The translations under genes and the position numbers were made by a program. The notes beneath the pieces are model-generated. The model was not told the origin of the DNA. It saw only the letters and a list, made by a program, of their open reading frames with translations, and ran no database searches. Shown in pieces: positions 1-11,059 of a DNA stretch of 64,000 nucleotides (position 1 is its first letter; each line of letters starts with the position of its first letter). This DNA comes from Carcharhinus amblyrhynchos (taxonomy: Eukaryota). The stretch covers positions 74,028,001-74,092,000 of the forward strand of contig OZ336882.1 in the NCBI GenBank assembly GCA_965287045.1, in the 5' to 3' direction.

Positions 1-850
1 AATGGTGACCAAACCTTGGCTTACGAGGGAAGTTAGAGACACTATTATATACAAGGGACAGGCCTATACATTGGCCAAGAAGAAGAACAGAACGGTGGAC
101 AATGGAAACAGTTTACAATTCAATAGCGGTCCAAGGGACTCATTAAGAAGGAAAATAGAATAGAAGAGTAAACTTGCAGAGAATACAATGACTGATCGCA
201 TAACATTTTTATCGGTTTGCGAGAGAAACAAAAACAAAGGTTTGATGGAGAAAAATGGAGGTCCCTTCCAGTTAGAAAAAGAAACATTAATAATTTGGAA
301 AAAAAATGCTGACCAACTGAATACAAACATTTTTTTCTGACCGCAAAGAAGCATAGCAATAAGATACCAGAAATACTGGGGAACATAAAGTTTGGTGTGA
401 GGGAGGGACTTGAGTAGGTCAATATTAATAGCGAAATTATGTAGGGGCAACTGAGGGGATTGAAGGCTACTAAGTACCCAATGTCTGACAATCTACATCA
501 CAGAATGGTCAGATAAAAAGTGGAAGTATTGTTGGTCATCTTCCAGGATTCTACATTTTGTAAAGAATGGAGGGTAGCTAAGGTATTTGTAATGTTTAAA
601 CATGAAGGTAGAGAGAAAATAGGGAATGATAGACAAGACAGTATCATGTCGGAATTAAGAAACAATAGACAATTATTTCCAAAAGATTTTACAGCAAAGC
701 ACTCGGAAAGCAGTGGCAGGATCAGACAGTCAGCATGGATTATGAAAGGGAGTTCATGTCTGGAAAATCTACTGGAATTCTTCCACCATATAGCAGAGTT
801 GATGCCGGAGAGCCTGTGCATCTGGGTTACATAGACTTTCATAAATGAAT
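1..850 (+). mobile_element. Degraded CR1 LINE ORF2 fragment (EN-RT linker and start of RT)
   Basis: LLVIFQDS...WRVAKV...GREKIGN...IRQSAW..KGSSCLENLLEFF matches CR1 ORF2; many stops and frameshifts. Confidence 0.75.
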
Positions 851-1412
851 GTTGATGTGGTTTAGACAAAAAAAAATGACACAGATACACTCCTTTTCCA
901 CGTAAAACGTCGGCAAGATATGTTCCTGATTGTTAATAATTATTATTTTCCTTGGTCTGTAGCGTGGCCTGGGAATGGAATCGCCAAGAACAGAAAATGT
1001 TGCAAAAATTCGGCTGGTCACGCGCCTTCTCTGACGAGAAAGACAGAGTGAAATCTTCGACTCCGTAGTAATGTTTTACGAGACTCAGAACGAGGTTCAA
1101 GACCGATGTTTTGTTTTAGAAAGAAATGAATTGGGGAGTCACATGTAGAACAGAGTGGAATAACAGAACCACAGTTTTTGTGAGTGTATGTGTGTTGGTT
1201 TTGCATGCAGAATAAGGCCGTTCATCCCAGTGCATCTATGCTGATTCAATGATTGACCGTTGCGACTTCGTAATATTCTTCAGGTTTTTCCCCGTATCCT
1301 TGCCCAATATTCCCGCTCAAGTAGCCATGTAATCTCTTCTTGAATGGCGTGATAGAGCAAGCCACTGCACTTCCGGGCAGTGCATTCTCGTCCCGAACAA
1401 CGTGTCGTGTGA
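1..1412. repeat. Inverted segmental duplication, copy A (partner 40775-42150); may extend beyond the window start
   Basis: 1-100 (aatggtgaccaaaccttgg...ggcctatacattggccaagaagaag) is the reverse complement of about 42060-42150. ORF-track pairs 64..450(-)/41699..41953(+), 498..890(-)/41312..41656(+) and 1018..1206(-)/40955..41215(+) give near-identical peptides. Confidence 0.95.
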
Positions 1413-2732
1413 GGTTGTCCCCTTTCCATCACTTTCTGATCTGATAAAAGTGTCTGGGAAGGTGTTGACTGTTCTACTGTAATATTTAGACGTTAATTAA
1501 CAGAAAGACATGCCACTCGCTTTCATTGAATAATTAGCAAGTTGTTTTATTTAACTAACTGCAACTTTAAGCAAGTAGCAATTTAATTAAAGGAAATGTC
1601 GACTGAAAAGCTTTTGAAATTAACACAAGGACAATTTAATATCAAAACAGTCATAGCAGAATGTTCGTCAATTTCAAAAATGCCTACAGTTGCGTTTAAT
1701 AACGTTCGGAAGCTTTAGGATTTTGTCTGGTGATTTCTTTGTCTGTAAGATCTTTTTGACTTGATGTCCTGTTGTTAGATAGATGGAAAATTCTCCTCAG
1801 AGATAACTCGTTTAGCAGGATGGAGGTCTGCTCTAGCGATGGTCTTTTTTGTGCTGGTTCTCCGTTGAACTCAGAAACTGAACTAAATTCACTGAAGGCA
1901 GTTGAGTTCCTGGTTATACACCTGGTGATCTACCCATTCCCTATAATCAGGTTAATCAGAGTGTGCCAAAAACTGTAAAATTCAAATTTGATATTGTCCT
2001 GTTAGCTGAGTGTTTTCTTTAACCTCATAGGCTAAAACAAATACAAACACCAGCATACTTATTACCAAGGCAACTCTGACGTGTTGATCTCTCTAACAAA
2101 TGTTTGCCATCTGAATATCTCAGCACTGAACCTCATACCAGCATTTTGAAATGGACCAGGCACATCTGATAGTCTCTGCCCTAATTTGTAACACTTTGGC
2201 GACATGTGAACTCGACTTTATCCTCGCTCTTTCGCCTTACTACTATTTCCCCACCCCCACACCCACACTCCCCCTCCCTCTCCATCCCACCACCCCACCC
2301 CCACACCCACACTTTGCAGCAAGTTTTCCCCTCAACACCAGTTGAAACCCAACTGTAGTCTGTAACCACTTTAAGGAGATCCACAATGTTGATTTGTTGG
2401 AGTACGCAGTAATGGCGTGCCCAATCAGGGAGCGCTGCATGTGCGCATAATGTGAAGTGTAAGGGTGCAGGAGTTAATATTCCGCAGGGGGATGTATGAG
2501 TTCTGCTTACCAGCTAATTAAATCAAGTTTGGTGAAATGACACCTACTTCGGACGAGTTATTCCACCGTCACCACATTGAAGAAAGCACATTTACCGCAT
2601 CCTTTCATGAAAAAAAATCATATTATCCCAATTTCCAGTTGCCAAGGACAACACAGGAACAGAACGGCGTAGATAGAAACAGAATTAGCGTTTCCAAACA
2701 ATAGTCTATTCCACTCGTTGCGCTGATTAGAT

Positions 2733-3180
2733 CATAAGAACATAAGAAATAGGAACAGGAGTAGGCCGTCTCGCCCTTCGAGCCTGCCCCGCCATTAAAT
2801 AAGATCATGGCTAATCTGAAGTGGATCAGTTCCACTTTCCCGCTCTCTCCCCATAACCCTTAATTCCCCTGTTTATCAGAAACCTAACTACCCGTGACTT
2901 AAATATATTTAGCGAAGTAGCCTCCACCACTTCAACGGGCAGAGAAGTCCAAAGATTCACCACCCTTTGAGTGAAGAGGTTCCTCCTTAACTCTGATCTA
3001 AACTGCGCCCGCCCCCCCCACCCCCCAACCCCGCATCTTGAGGCTGTGCCCTCTAGTTCTGCTATCCTTTCTAAGCGGGAAGTATCTCACTACGTCAACC
3101 CTATCTATCCCCTTCATTATCTTATACGTCTCTATAAGATCCCCCGTCAGCCTTCTAAACTCCAACGGGTACAGACCCAG
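2733..3180 (-). mobile_element. Young 5'-truncated CR1 LINE 3' end
   Basis: Tail cataagaacataagaa at 2733, conserved 3' UTR, and the ORF2 C-terminal GHSLK...FRSELRRN.F segment on the minus strand. Confidence 0.92.
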
Positions 3181-3189
3181 ATTGCCACG

Positions 3190-3247
3190 TGGATAGACTG
3201 TGCCGTTAATAACGCTAAAGTCGCTGGTTCGTTCCCTGCACTTGTCA
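3190..3247 (+). pseudogene. tRNA-Ile(AAT)-derived relic, 3' 58 nt; probable 5' piece at 2722-2734
   Basis: tggatagactgtgccgttaataacgctaaagtcgctggttcgttccctgcacttgtca aligns without gaps to vertebrate tRNA-Ile(AAT) TGGTTAGAGCGTGGTGCTAATAACGCCAAGGTCGCGGGTTCGATCCCCGTACTGGCCA; many substitutions. Confidence 0.7.
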
Positions 3248-3899
3248 ATAAAGCTTGCACGTTCTTAGCCAACCAAGATAACGCTGTTACCATTGGTTCT
3301 TGCACTTTTTACAAAAAAAACTCGCACTCTAGTTGTAGTTGCTTTTCGCAGGCAGTTATGTCGGAGCTGTATAAAGCGCTGGTTGGACCAAACATTCTGT
3401 CTCCTCACAGATATTTCAGGTTTTTGTTGCCCTCTGAGACGCGCTTTGTCTCTTTGGCAAAGTATTTCCTCATAATTGAATGATTAATTTGAAACAGAGG
3501 AACATAGGATTGGACAAGCAATTTGAAGCCGTGTCTGAGAGAAACACGCCGAGGTAGCAGATTCTAATTCAGGGTCACTTTTTTTTATTAGAAAGACGCA
3601 TTCATTCACTAACACGGCGTCATTTAACAAAAAAAATTATAAGCGTATTATTTGAAATCGTATCCCTCTTTTTTTTTCTGCAGCGTTACTGGGAACTCTT
3701 CGTCTGTGTGACAGCGAGAATTGACAATTATTGAGGCGAAACCTTCAGCCCGGAAATTCTTGAATGCTTGAAAACTCTATGATCTGACTGCTCTGATTTC
3801 TCATGATACTACAGACATTACTCAGTGGAAATACGAAGATAAGATAGGAATGTTTCTCCAGTGAGACTCCGGAGATTTTTAAAATGAGTTTCAGATCTC

Positions 3900-5010
3900 A
3901 CATTCCATTATCCTAGAATTGTGCAATTATATAATGTGTGCAGAACAAAAGCAGTCCAAGAATGCGAATAACTTATCGGAACCAACGTATCTACTAGTAC
4001 ATTTTTAAAATATCCCGTGGTATGATGAATTGCGCTACTGTGTCGGGCAGATTTATTTTCATTTAAGGGAGGGCAGGTTCGAAAGGTCCATTGGTTTTGT
4101 GAAAAAGGCTGATAAGGGATATTCACACGAGGACAAAGAAGATCTAATTGTTGTTTTGCGGTAGAAAGATTCTATTAGAACCTCTATAGTCATTCTTTCA
4201 CCCTATAAACAGACCACAAGTCATTGGGAATTCTTTTATGTGAGTCCAAATGCATTCTTCCCATTGCCAGCCAATCAGGACGATGTTGTGCACAGAACAG
4301 GGGAAAACAACGAGACTGTGAATGTGTTGAGTCATCTCCCTTTCTTGGATTTGCCATTCAAGGCATTGTGTGTTCCCATGGTACTTGTTTTTTTTTACTG
4401 GAAGCGTTTATTGCAATCTCCGAAACAGATTAAGCAGTTGACGGAAAGAGACTCTGTTCTGTCACAAGGTAATCAATTTGTGTTGCAAAGATAGACAACT
4501 ATCGTAGAGGATGCTGAGTTGGGATGAGTTATGTATGCAGGGTGTATGCGTACTGTGGGGGTCGCGGACGGTCGTTTCGATCCTGTTTGGGAGCAGAATT
4601 CACGATTAATATTACAACTACTGTTAACGTGAGAAGCTACATCAAATATTTGCAACTCAAGATCTACATGATGCGTCTGTTTCGGATAATGGAACGACGT
4701 ACACAATGTTTTTTTTTAATAATTTATGCAAAACAATGGCATATGCCATTTGCGCACTTCACTATTTCATATGATTTCACAGATTTGGCAGAGCTCTGAA
4801 GTAGGGATTGAGACAAAAAAGTGGTAGATGATTCCTTGGGTACAAAGATCGGAAGATTTTTATTCCAGTATTGTTTCACACTACAGTCGAAAACTGGGTT
4901 ATCTCCAGCGGAACTACTGCTAGGTGGAAGGCCGAAGAGTCCCCTCGATTTGCTACGTGGAAATCTCATAGCAAAAGAGTACAAGAACAAGAGAAGCAGA
5001 AACAATTAGG
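3900..5010 (+). mobile_element. Degraded Gypsy/Ty3 LTR retrotransposon pol (RNase H and integrase)
   Basis: TDHKSLGI near 4210, SVSDNGTTYT and FMQNNGICHLRT near 4675-4760, and KIGRFLFQY..T..SKTGLSPAELLLGGRPKSPLDLL (ORF 4821..5009). Confidence 0.8.
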
Positions 5011-5274
5011 GAGGACAAATTACTACTGATTCTCCATTTGAGTTCAGTATGTTCCTAAATGGTTTTAGTCCATGGCAATTGTTTTACTGGTGTTGATGGT
5101 TTTAAGCATGTGTGAGCTTTGATGTGTTTTCTTTTTTATCTACAAAGTGTGGTCTAGAAACAAAGAGAGAGAGAGAAAAAAAGAGGCATAATTACAGGAA
5201 GACAGACAAATAGGCAGACAGATCGTTTCCGGGAAGTTGTGTTTGACAAATTTATTGGATTTCTATGAGTGCGG

Positions 5275-6510
5275 TAGACAGACGGGAACCGGTGGATGTG
5301 GTGTTTGTAGATTTCCAAAAGGCGTTTGATAAGGGGCATCATAAAACGTTGCTACAGAAGGTTACCGTGCACGGAGTTGGGGGTAAGGTGTTAGCGTGGA
5401 TAGAGGATTGGCTGTCTAATAGGAAGTAGAGAGTTGGTATCAATGGGTGCTATTCTGATTGGCGGTTGGTGACTAGTGGAGTGCCGCAGGGATCGGTGCT
5501 GGGGTCTCAGCTATTTACCATTTATATAGATGATCTGGACGAGAGGGCTGAGTGTAGGGTGACGAAATTTGCTGATGACACGAAGATGAGTGGTAAAGCA
5601 AATTGTGTGGAGGGTGTGGAAAGTCTGCAGAGGGATCTGGATAGGCTGAGCAAGTGTTCGAGGACCTGGCAGATGGAGTATAATGTTAGCAAGTGTGAGG
5701 TTATCCACTTTGGCAGAAATAATAGTAGGAGGGATTACTATTTGAAGGGCGAAAAGCTGCAGCGTGTTATGGTGCAGAGCGACCTGGGGGTCCTTGTGCA
5801 TGAGTCACAAAAACCCAGTCTGCAGGTGCAGCAGGTGATCAAGAAGGCAAATGGAATGCTAGCCTTCATAGCGAGGGGGATAGAATATAAAAGCAGGGAG
5901 GTCTTGCTGCAACTGTACAGGGTACTGGTGAGGCCGCAGCTGGAGTAACTGTGTGCAGTTTTGGTCGCCGCACTTGCGCAAGGATATTTTGGCCTTGGAG
6001 GGATTGCAGAGGAGGTTTACTAGGCTGATACCGGAGATGAGGGGGTTGGACTATGAAGAGAGACTGGGTCTGTGCTCGTTCAAGTTTAGAAGGATGAGGG
6101 GGGATCTTATAGAGACGTATAAGATAATGAAAGGGATGGGTAGGGTAGAGGTAGAGAGATTTTTCCTGCTTAGAAAGGATAGCAGGACTAGAGGGCACAG
6201 CCTCAAGATAAGGGGTGGGGGGGGGGGGGGTGGTGGTGCAGTTTAGATCGGAGTTGAAGAGGAACTTCTTCACTCAAAGGGTGGTGAATCTCTGGAATTC
6301 TCTGCCCCTTGATGTGGTGGAGGCTTCCTCACTAAACATATTTAAGTCACGGGTAGATAGGTTTTTGACAGACAAGGGAATTAATGGTTATGGGGAGAAA
6401 GCGGGAAAGTGGAACTGATCCACTTCAGATCAGCCATGATCTTATTGAATGGCGGAGCAGGCTCGAAGTGCTAGATGGCCTACTCCTGCTCCTATTTCTT
6501 ATGTTCTTAT
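5275..6510 (+). mobile_element. Young 5'-truncated CR1 LINE (RT C-terminal half, 3' UTR, tail)
   Basis: VTSGVPQGSVLG, KFADDTK and QFWSPHLRKDI motifs; ends in cttatgttcttat; flanked by GACA-rich simple sequence. Confidence 0.95.
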
Positions 6511-6712
6511 AGGCAGAGGAATGGATGGAGAGACAGATAAACAAAAAGGCAGACAGACAGATAGACAAACTGGCATACAGGCAGGCAGACTGCCAGACAG
6601 TCAGGTTGACAGATACACAGACATATAAATAGATAGATAACCGGACCGACGGACGGAGGGACAGGCGAGTGATGGATGGATAGATGGATGACAGACAGAG
6701 AGACAGACAGAA
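6511..6712. repeat. Degenerate (GACA/GATA/GATG)n purine-rich simple repeat
   Basis: Visible tetranucleotide units; similar tracts at 5160-5290 and 55490-55630. Confidence 0.75.
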
Positions 6713-7092
6713 AACCTCCCGTTATTTCCTTCTCATCATCTGCATATCACCAATAGCCATTCTGCTGCGTCACTTTGGTATGCCTGATTCCATCTGCACA
6801 GTTCCTACAAATCACCCAAACTTCTCCCGTGTGTTTATCGATCCGTTTGTTGTTTTGGCTTTTTTTTCACTCATCTTTTTTTTTCTTCAGTCCGTGAATT
6901 GGTTGTTGTTTCTCCTGGGTCATGGACTTATTCTGTATAATTTACCTGCTGCCATTTTGTTTCCCATCCTGCCTCTATTGCCTCCTGGCCCATCATTAAT
7001 AGTGCTTTCAGGTTTCTGCCCTTCCAAATACTTTACTTCCTGTTCTCTGAAGGCCAACTATTGCAGCATAACGCTATGTCAGTGAACTGCTT

Positions 7093-7988
7093 TCATTGTT
7101 TCGTTTTGCTAATTAATTTAATAATTGATGTAGCAGGATATTTCACTGCTTCCTTTAACTGCTCTCTGAATTTTGACTGAGTTGCTACATAAATAAATGT
7201 GTTTGTGCAGCAACTTAAATTACGCAGCATATATGCAATGTTTTCAAATATATAAAATGAACGATCATCTAAGCTATTTGGAACATTAAAGAAATATAAC
7301 ATGTACACCAACCACAGAAATATAAAGCTGCCGGATATGGTAAATAGTAAAACTATAGATTTCCTTCTATTCTCCATCTCTGGATCGTTGCAATGATCTG
7401 TCTTTTTCTGACCCCTCAATCCCTTGCGGACTCGACTGGCCACTAAAATATGTCTGACTGTCAGAGCGTTGAGCAACAGAATTAACCCGAATGGTATCAA
7501 AGGGGTTAAAATCTTTTCAAACTTTCTAAATCCAATCCATCTAGGGTCAGTGAAATAGCTTCGCTTATTGGAACAGCGCCATGGTATATTGTCGACAATC
7601 CTTCTAGGTTGAAATCTAAAATAGATGGGGACATTTTTTAAGCAGAAGAAAATACTGGTTGTTCCTAGAACTATGGACGCAGTTTTCTTGGTGCAATATT
7701 TTGATATTAGCCTGTGGCAACAAATGGCAACAAATCTATCAAAAGTGAAAGCGACGGTAAACCAGACAGAACAGTCTGTGGCTGCACGGAGCAGGACATA
7801 GCGAACACTACATACAGGTGTAATTTCGAGGAAATTCAGTGGGAAATAATAATCGTTGATTCGGTTGAGAACGACCTCAGTAATAATGACCAGTAGATCC
7901 GCTATGGCCATTGCCATCAGGTAGTACGTGGTTGAACTGGAAAGGCCGCATTTTCCGTTGGACAGAATGACGATTGCCACTGAGTTAA
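7093..7988 (-). CDS. GPR139-like class A GPCR, gene 1, exon 2 (spliced product 320 aa)
   Basis: 7TM pattern: LMAMAIADLLV (TM2), CSVWFTVAFTFDRFVAIC (TM3, DRF), ENRRKSIVLLF (TM6), CCTNTFIYVATQSKFREQL (TM7/H8). Acceptor tttttgcag|TTAAC at 7988, phase 1; stop at 7093. Confidence 0.93.
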
Positions 7989-8569
7989 CTGCAAAAAAAT
8001 AGGAGGAACATATATCATAAGCCACCAAGAAGCACCTTCCCTCTCTGCACATAGCGTGCATTTTTTTTTGCAGCAGTAACGCATGCATGGGGATTCGGAC
8101 GTTTCCAGATTCCCTTGCAAACTCAAAACACTTCCGCAAACGGAGAACATGATTCGTCTCGGGCCATTCCCTGGATGATGGAGCAGAGCTTTGGTGTTTC
8201 AGTGACTTGCATTCCGAAAAATAATAATGTGAATATTCAAGCATAATCAAAGCACAAGATTAATTTCTACATAGAAGGTTACTAAATTAAGAGACGTTGT
8301 GTTATTTTTGGTGAGACACCCTTTGACTCTTATTTGTGTTCCTATCTTCAGCTGAAATATAAGTTTTTTTTTAGCAGATGTATTATTACGGAAACCACAC
8401 CAAAACTGTGGAGGTGTGGGTGAACTAAAAATAACATGTCTCTGCTATGTGGACACGAGAAGGATAAACATTTACGCAATAGAAGAATTTGAATTTTTCG
8501 AGGGGGGTTGAGATTTTGAATGTGGATACCATATTTGTAACACCGATGAGGCAGTGCAAACCTCAGCTT

Positions 8570-9130
8570 CATCAAAACTAGGTGAAACGATTTATGAGTG
8601 GTGTAAAGGTGCAATTGCTACTACATAGAATCAAAGAGTACTTACAGTAGAGGGGACCTTTCAGCACAGTATATAGGAACTGGCTCTCTGAAAGAACATT
8701 CAACCTATTAACACAAGCATGACCTATCCACGCAACATTACACATTATTGATTTTAGTTTGCATGCCGATTTCATTTCAATGCCTTGAAAGGATATTCCT
8801 CCATTTTTTTTGTGGAAATTCAATCCAGGTTCCATCAACAGTCTAGGTGAAAATAAACTCACATTCTCTTTCAAATGGTGTGTCTATTATGTTGTATCTC
8901 TTCTCTAGTTCTTGATTCTCTCTTGATTGGGAGCAGTTTCTCATTATTTAGTCTATTTGTGGTCCTCAAGATCTTGAATAACCACATCAAGTGGCGCCTC
9001 AGCCATATTTTCTCCACAGAAGATAGACTCATACTCTCCAATCCATCCACATAGCTACAGTTCGTTTTTGCCTGAAATCGGTCTTCTGAATTTCCTCTAT
9101 ACACTTTCCAAAGTCTTCACATCCTTCTCA
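8570..9130 (-). mobile_element. Old degraded CR1 3' region in the gene 1 intron
   Basis: SLSSVEKIWLRRHL..LFKILR..NR.N.EKLLP resembles the CR1 ORF2 C-terminus; atagaatc-type tail near 8625. Confidence 0.6.
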
Positions 9131-10630
9131 AGTATAGTTACATACATACACGGAGTTTATTTAAAATGTCTATGAAATGTTAGAAATGTTCACAGCGTGA
9201 GTTTTCACTGTGGCGAGGAAAGAATGGAGATTTGACCAGCTGTAATAGAGATAGTCTGAGGCCAAAATAAAGATTGAAGCAAACCAGTTGGGGACAGTTT
9301 CCACGTTTTAAGATCTGAAACGTGAGTATTACATGGTCATTGATATCATGATTTATTTCATAACATTCGTACAGATAACCACGTAAAACACTGCGCCCAG
9401 GGCCTAATGATTATCAGGACCACACTTGGGGAACAAGATCAATCGTTGCAAGACAATGCGGTCATTGGCTTTCCTTAGTATGAGTGAAGCTTCTTCCCAG
9501 ACTGAATTGTGTTGTGCATTTTCAATTGTTTGTCTATAATCCAGTTACTAACACAAACACAAGGTTATTTTAGTTTGATAAAACAAAACTATTTCTTTTC
9601 AGTGCTGAAGTCAGATGCTATATTCCAATTGGTCACCATATTCAGTTTTACTTATGTCAACTCATCGCCTTGGAAATTCGTGTCCCTGATTCCACCCCTC
9701 CCCCCAACACCGCCCCCCCCCCCCCCCCCCCCCCCCCCCGATGTTTGATTAAACAGAAACAATATTGCACTGAATCCAACAAATTATTGTCATGGGTGAG
9801 CAAGAAATAGTTCGTGCTAAGCAATGTGACTGCAAGAAGAATTCAGGAAATTTATTTCCTCCAAATTCGTTGCTTCATTAGAATGCAAATAATTATGTGA
9901 ATTCAATATAATGCAACATTATAAGAAAAAAAATATAGCAGAACAAGCTTATGTGCAAGCGGACAACAAATTTCTGAAGTTAGGTATATAATATGAAACA
10001 GACTAACTGCACTCTGAACCCCTCCATTAAAGATCACAAGGGAACAAATCCAGACAAGCAGGCAAAAGACATGCCTGCTAGGTCTAACAAGGTCCAACAC
10101 ACAAAGGAAACCGGACAGGATGGCACCAACAGAAACTAAATTAAAAGTACACCCTCATATAATCAAATCACCACCACTGACCTAATCAAGTGATATCAGG
10201 AAGGCTCTATAGAAGCTCCTAAGGAGAAGATTAGTATAACTAAGGAAGTCTTCTTGGCCTCAAAAGACTTTCTGAGATCAGCCAAACACCCATTGTTCAG
10301 GAAACTCCGGATATTCTAGACCATTGATAAACCCACCAGACAGAAACGATTGCCAATCTTAAAACATCGATACTGTACTTGAAAATATCGAAAAAGAATG
10401 GTCAGAGTCAAACACTGTAAACAAAACATTAACGTTCGAGTATAACTGTAGTCCATTGCGGCGGGCTTTCAGAGTGCTCTCGGGACAGTGCTGTTTGTAT
10501 GTCCTGATTGCACCTCCGTCGATGTTAAATAAAGCTGTACCGCTGTTGAACATGACTCTGAGTCCGTAGTGGTCGTGTTCGCCCACTCGCGCTAACAAGT
10601 TGCACTACACAATTTATTTTAGCTACTTAC

Positions 10631-10697
10631 CAGGAACACCAACGAAGGCAAGAATCAGATAGAATATTTTCCTGACCCATTGAATTGGTCGATGCAT
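10631..10697 (-). CDS. GPR139-like gene 1, exon 1 (MHRPIQWVRKIFYLILAFVGVP)
   Basis: ATG at 10697, 67 nt, donor CCTG|gtaagt; phase 1 joins exon 2 in frame (67+896=963 nt). Confidence 0.88.
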
Positions 10698-11059
10698 TTT
10701 CTGCGTGGATTGACTCTCTTCCTTTGTTTCGCAAGTTATTCCTCTGAATTAAAATCTGATGTCATGTGTCCCTGTTCACTAACCTTTATGCGTCCCCGAT
10801 ATCTCCACGGAGACACTGATGTTGCAAAAATGCTCAAAAATATGTTGTTCTTATAATAGAACAAATACCTTATGACAACGGGATAAATTCCCTGTGGATT
10901 GAACACACTAGATGCTGAGACTAAATTGAATCAACAACACTTGTTTCATTTACTTAGCAAGCGTCATTATATGCAATGCTTACTCATAATTGCAGGCAAT
11001 ATTAAATAGCTAACAAAACTGATATAATTATTCTGCAACAATCATGATTCCTATGCCTT

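Noticed and set aside
7989-8250. Long N-terminal extension of the 385 aa GPCR ORF
   Set aside because: It lies upstream of a clear splice acceptor, has no TM1 homology, and the real exon 1 is at 10631-10697.
9690-9740. Poly-Pro ORFs from C/G runs (also 2240-2310, 12565-12590, 32240-32262)
   Set aside because: Homopolymer or low-complexity tracts with no coding signature.
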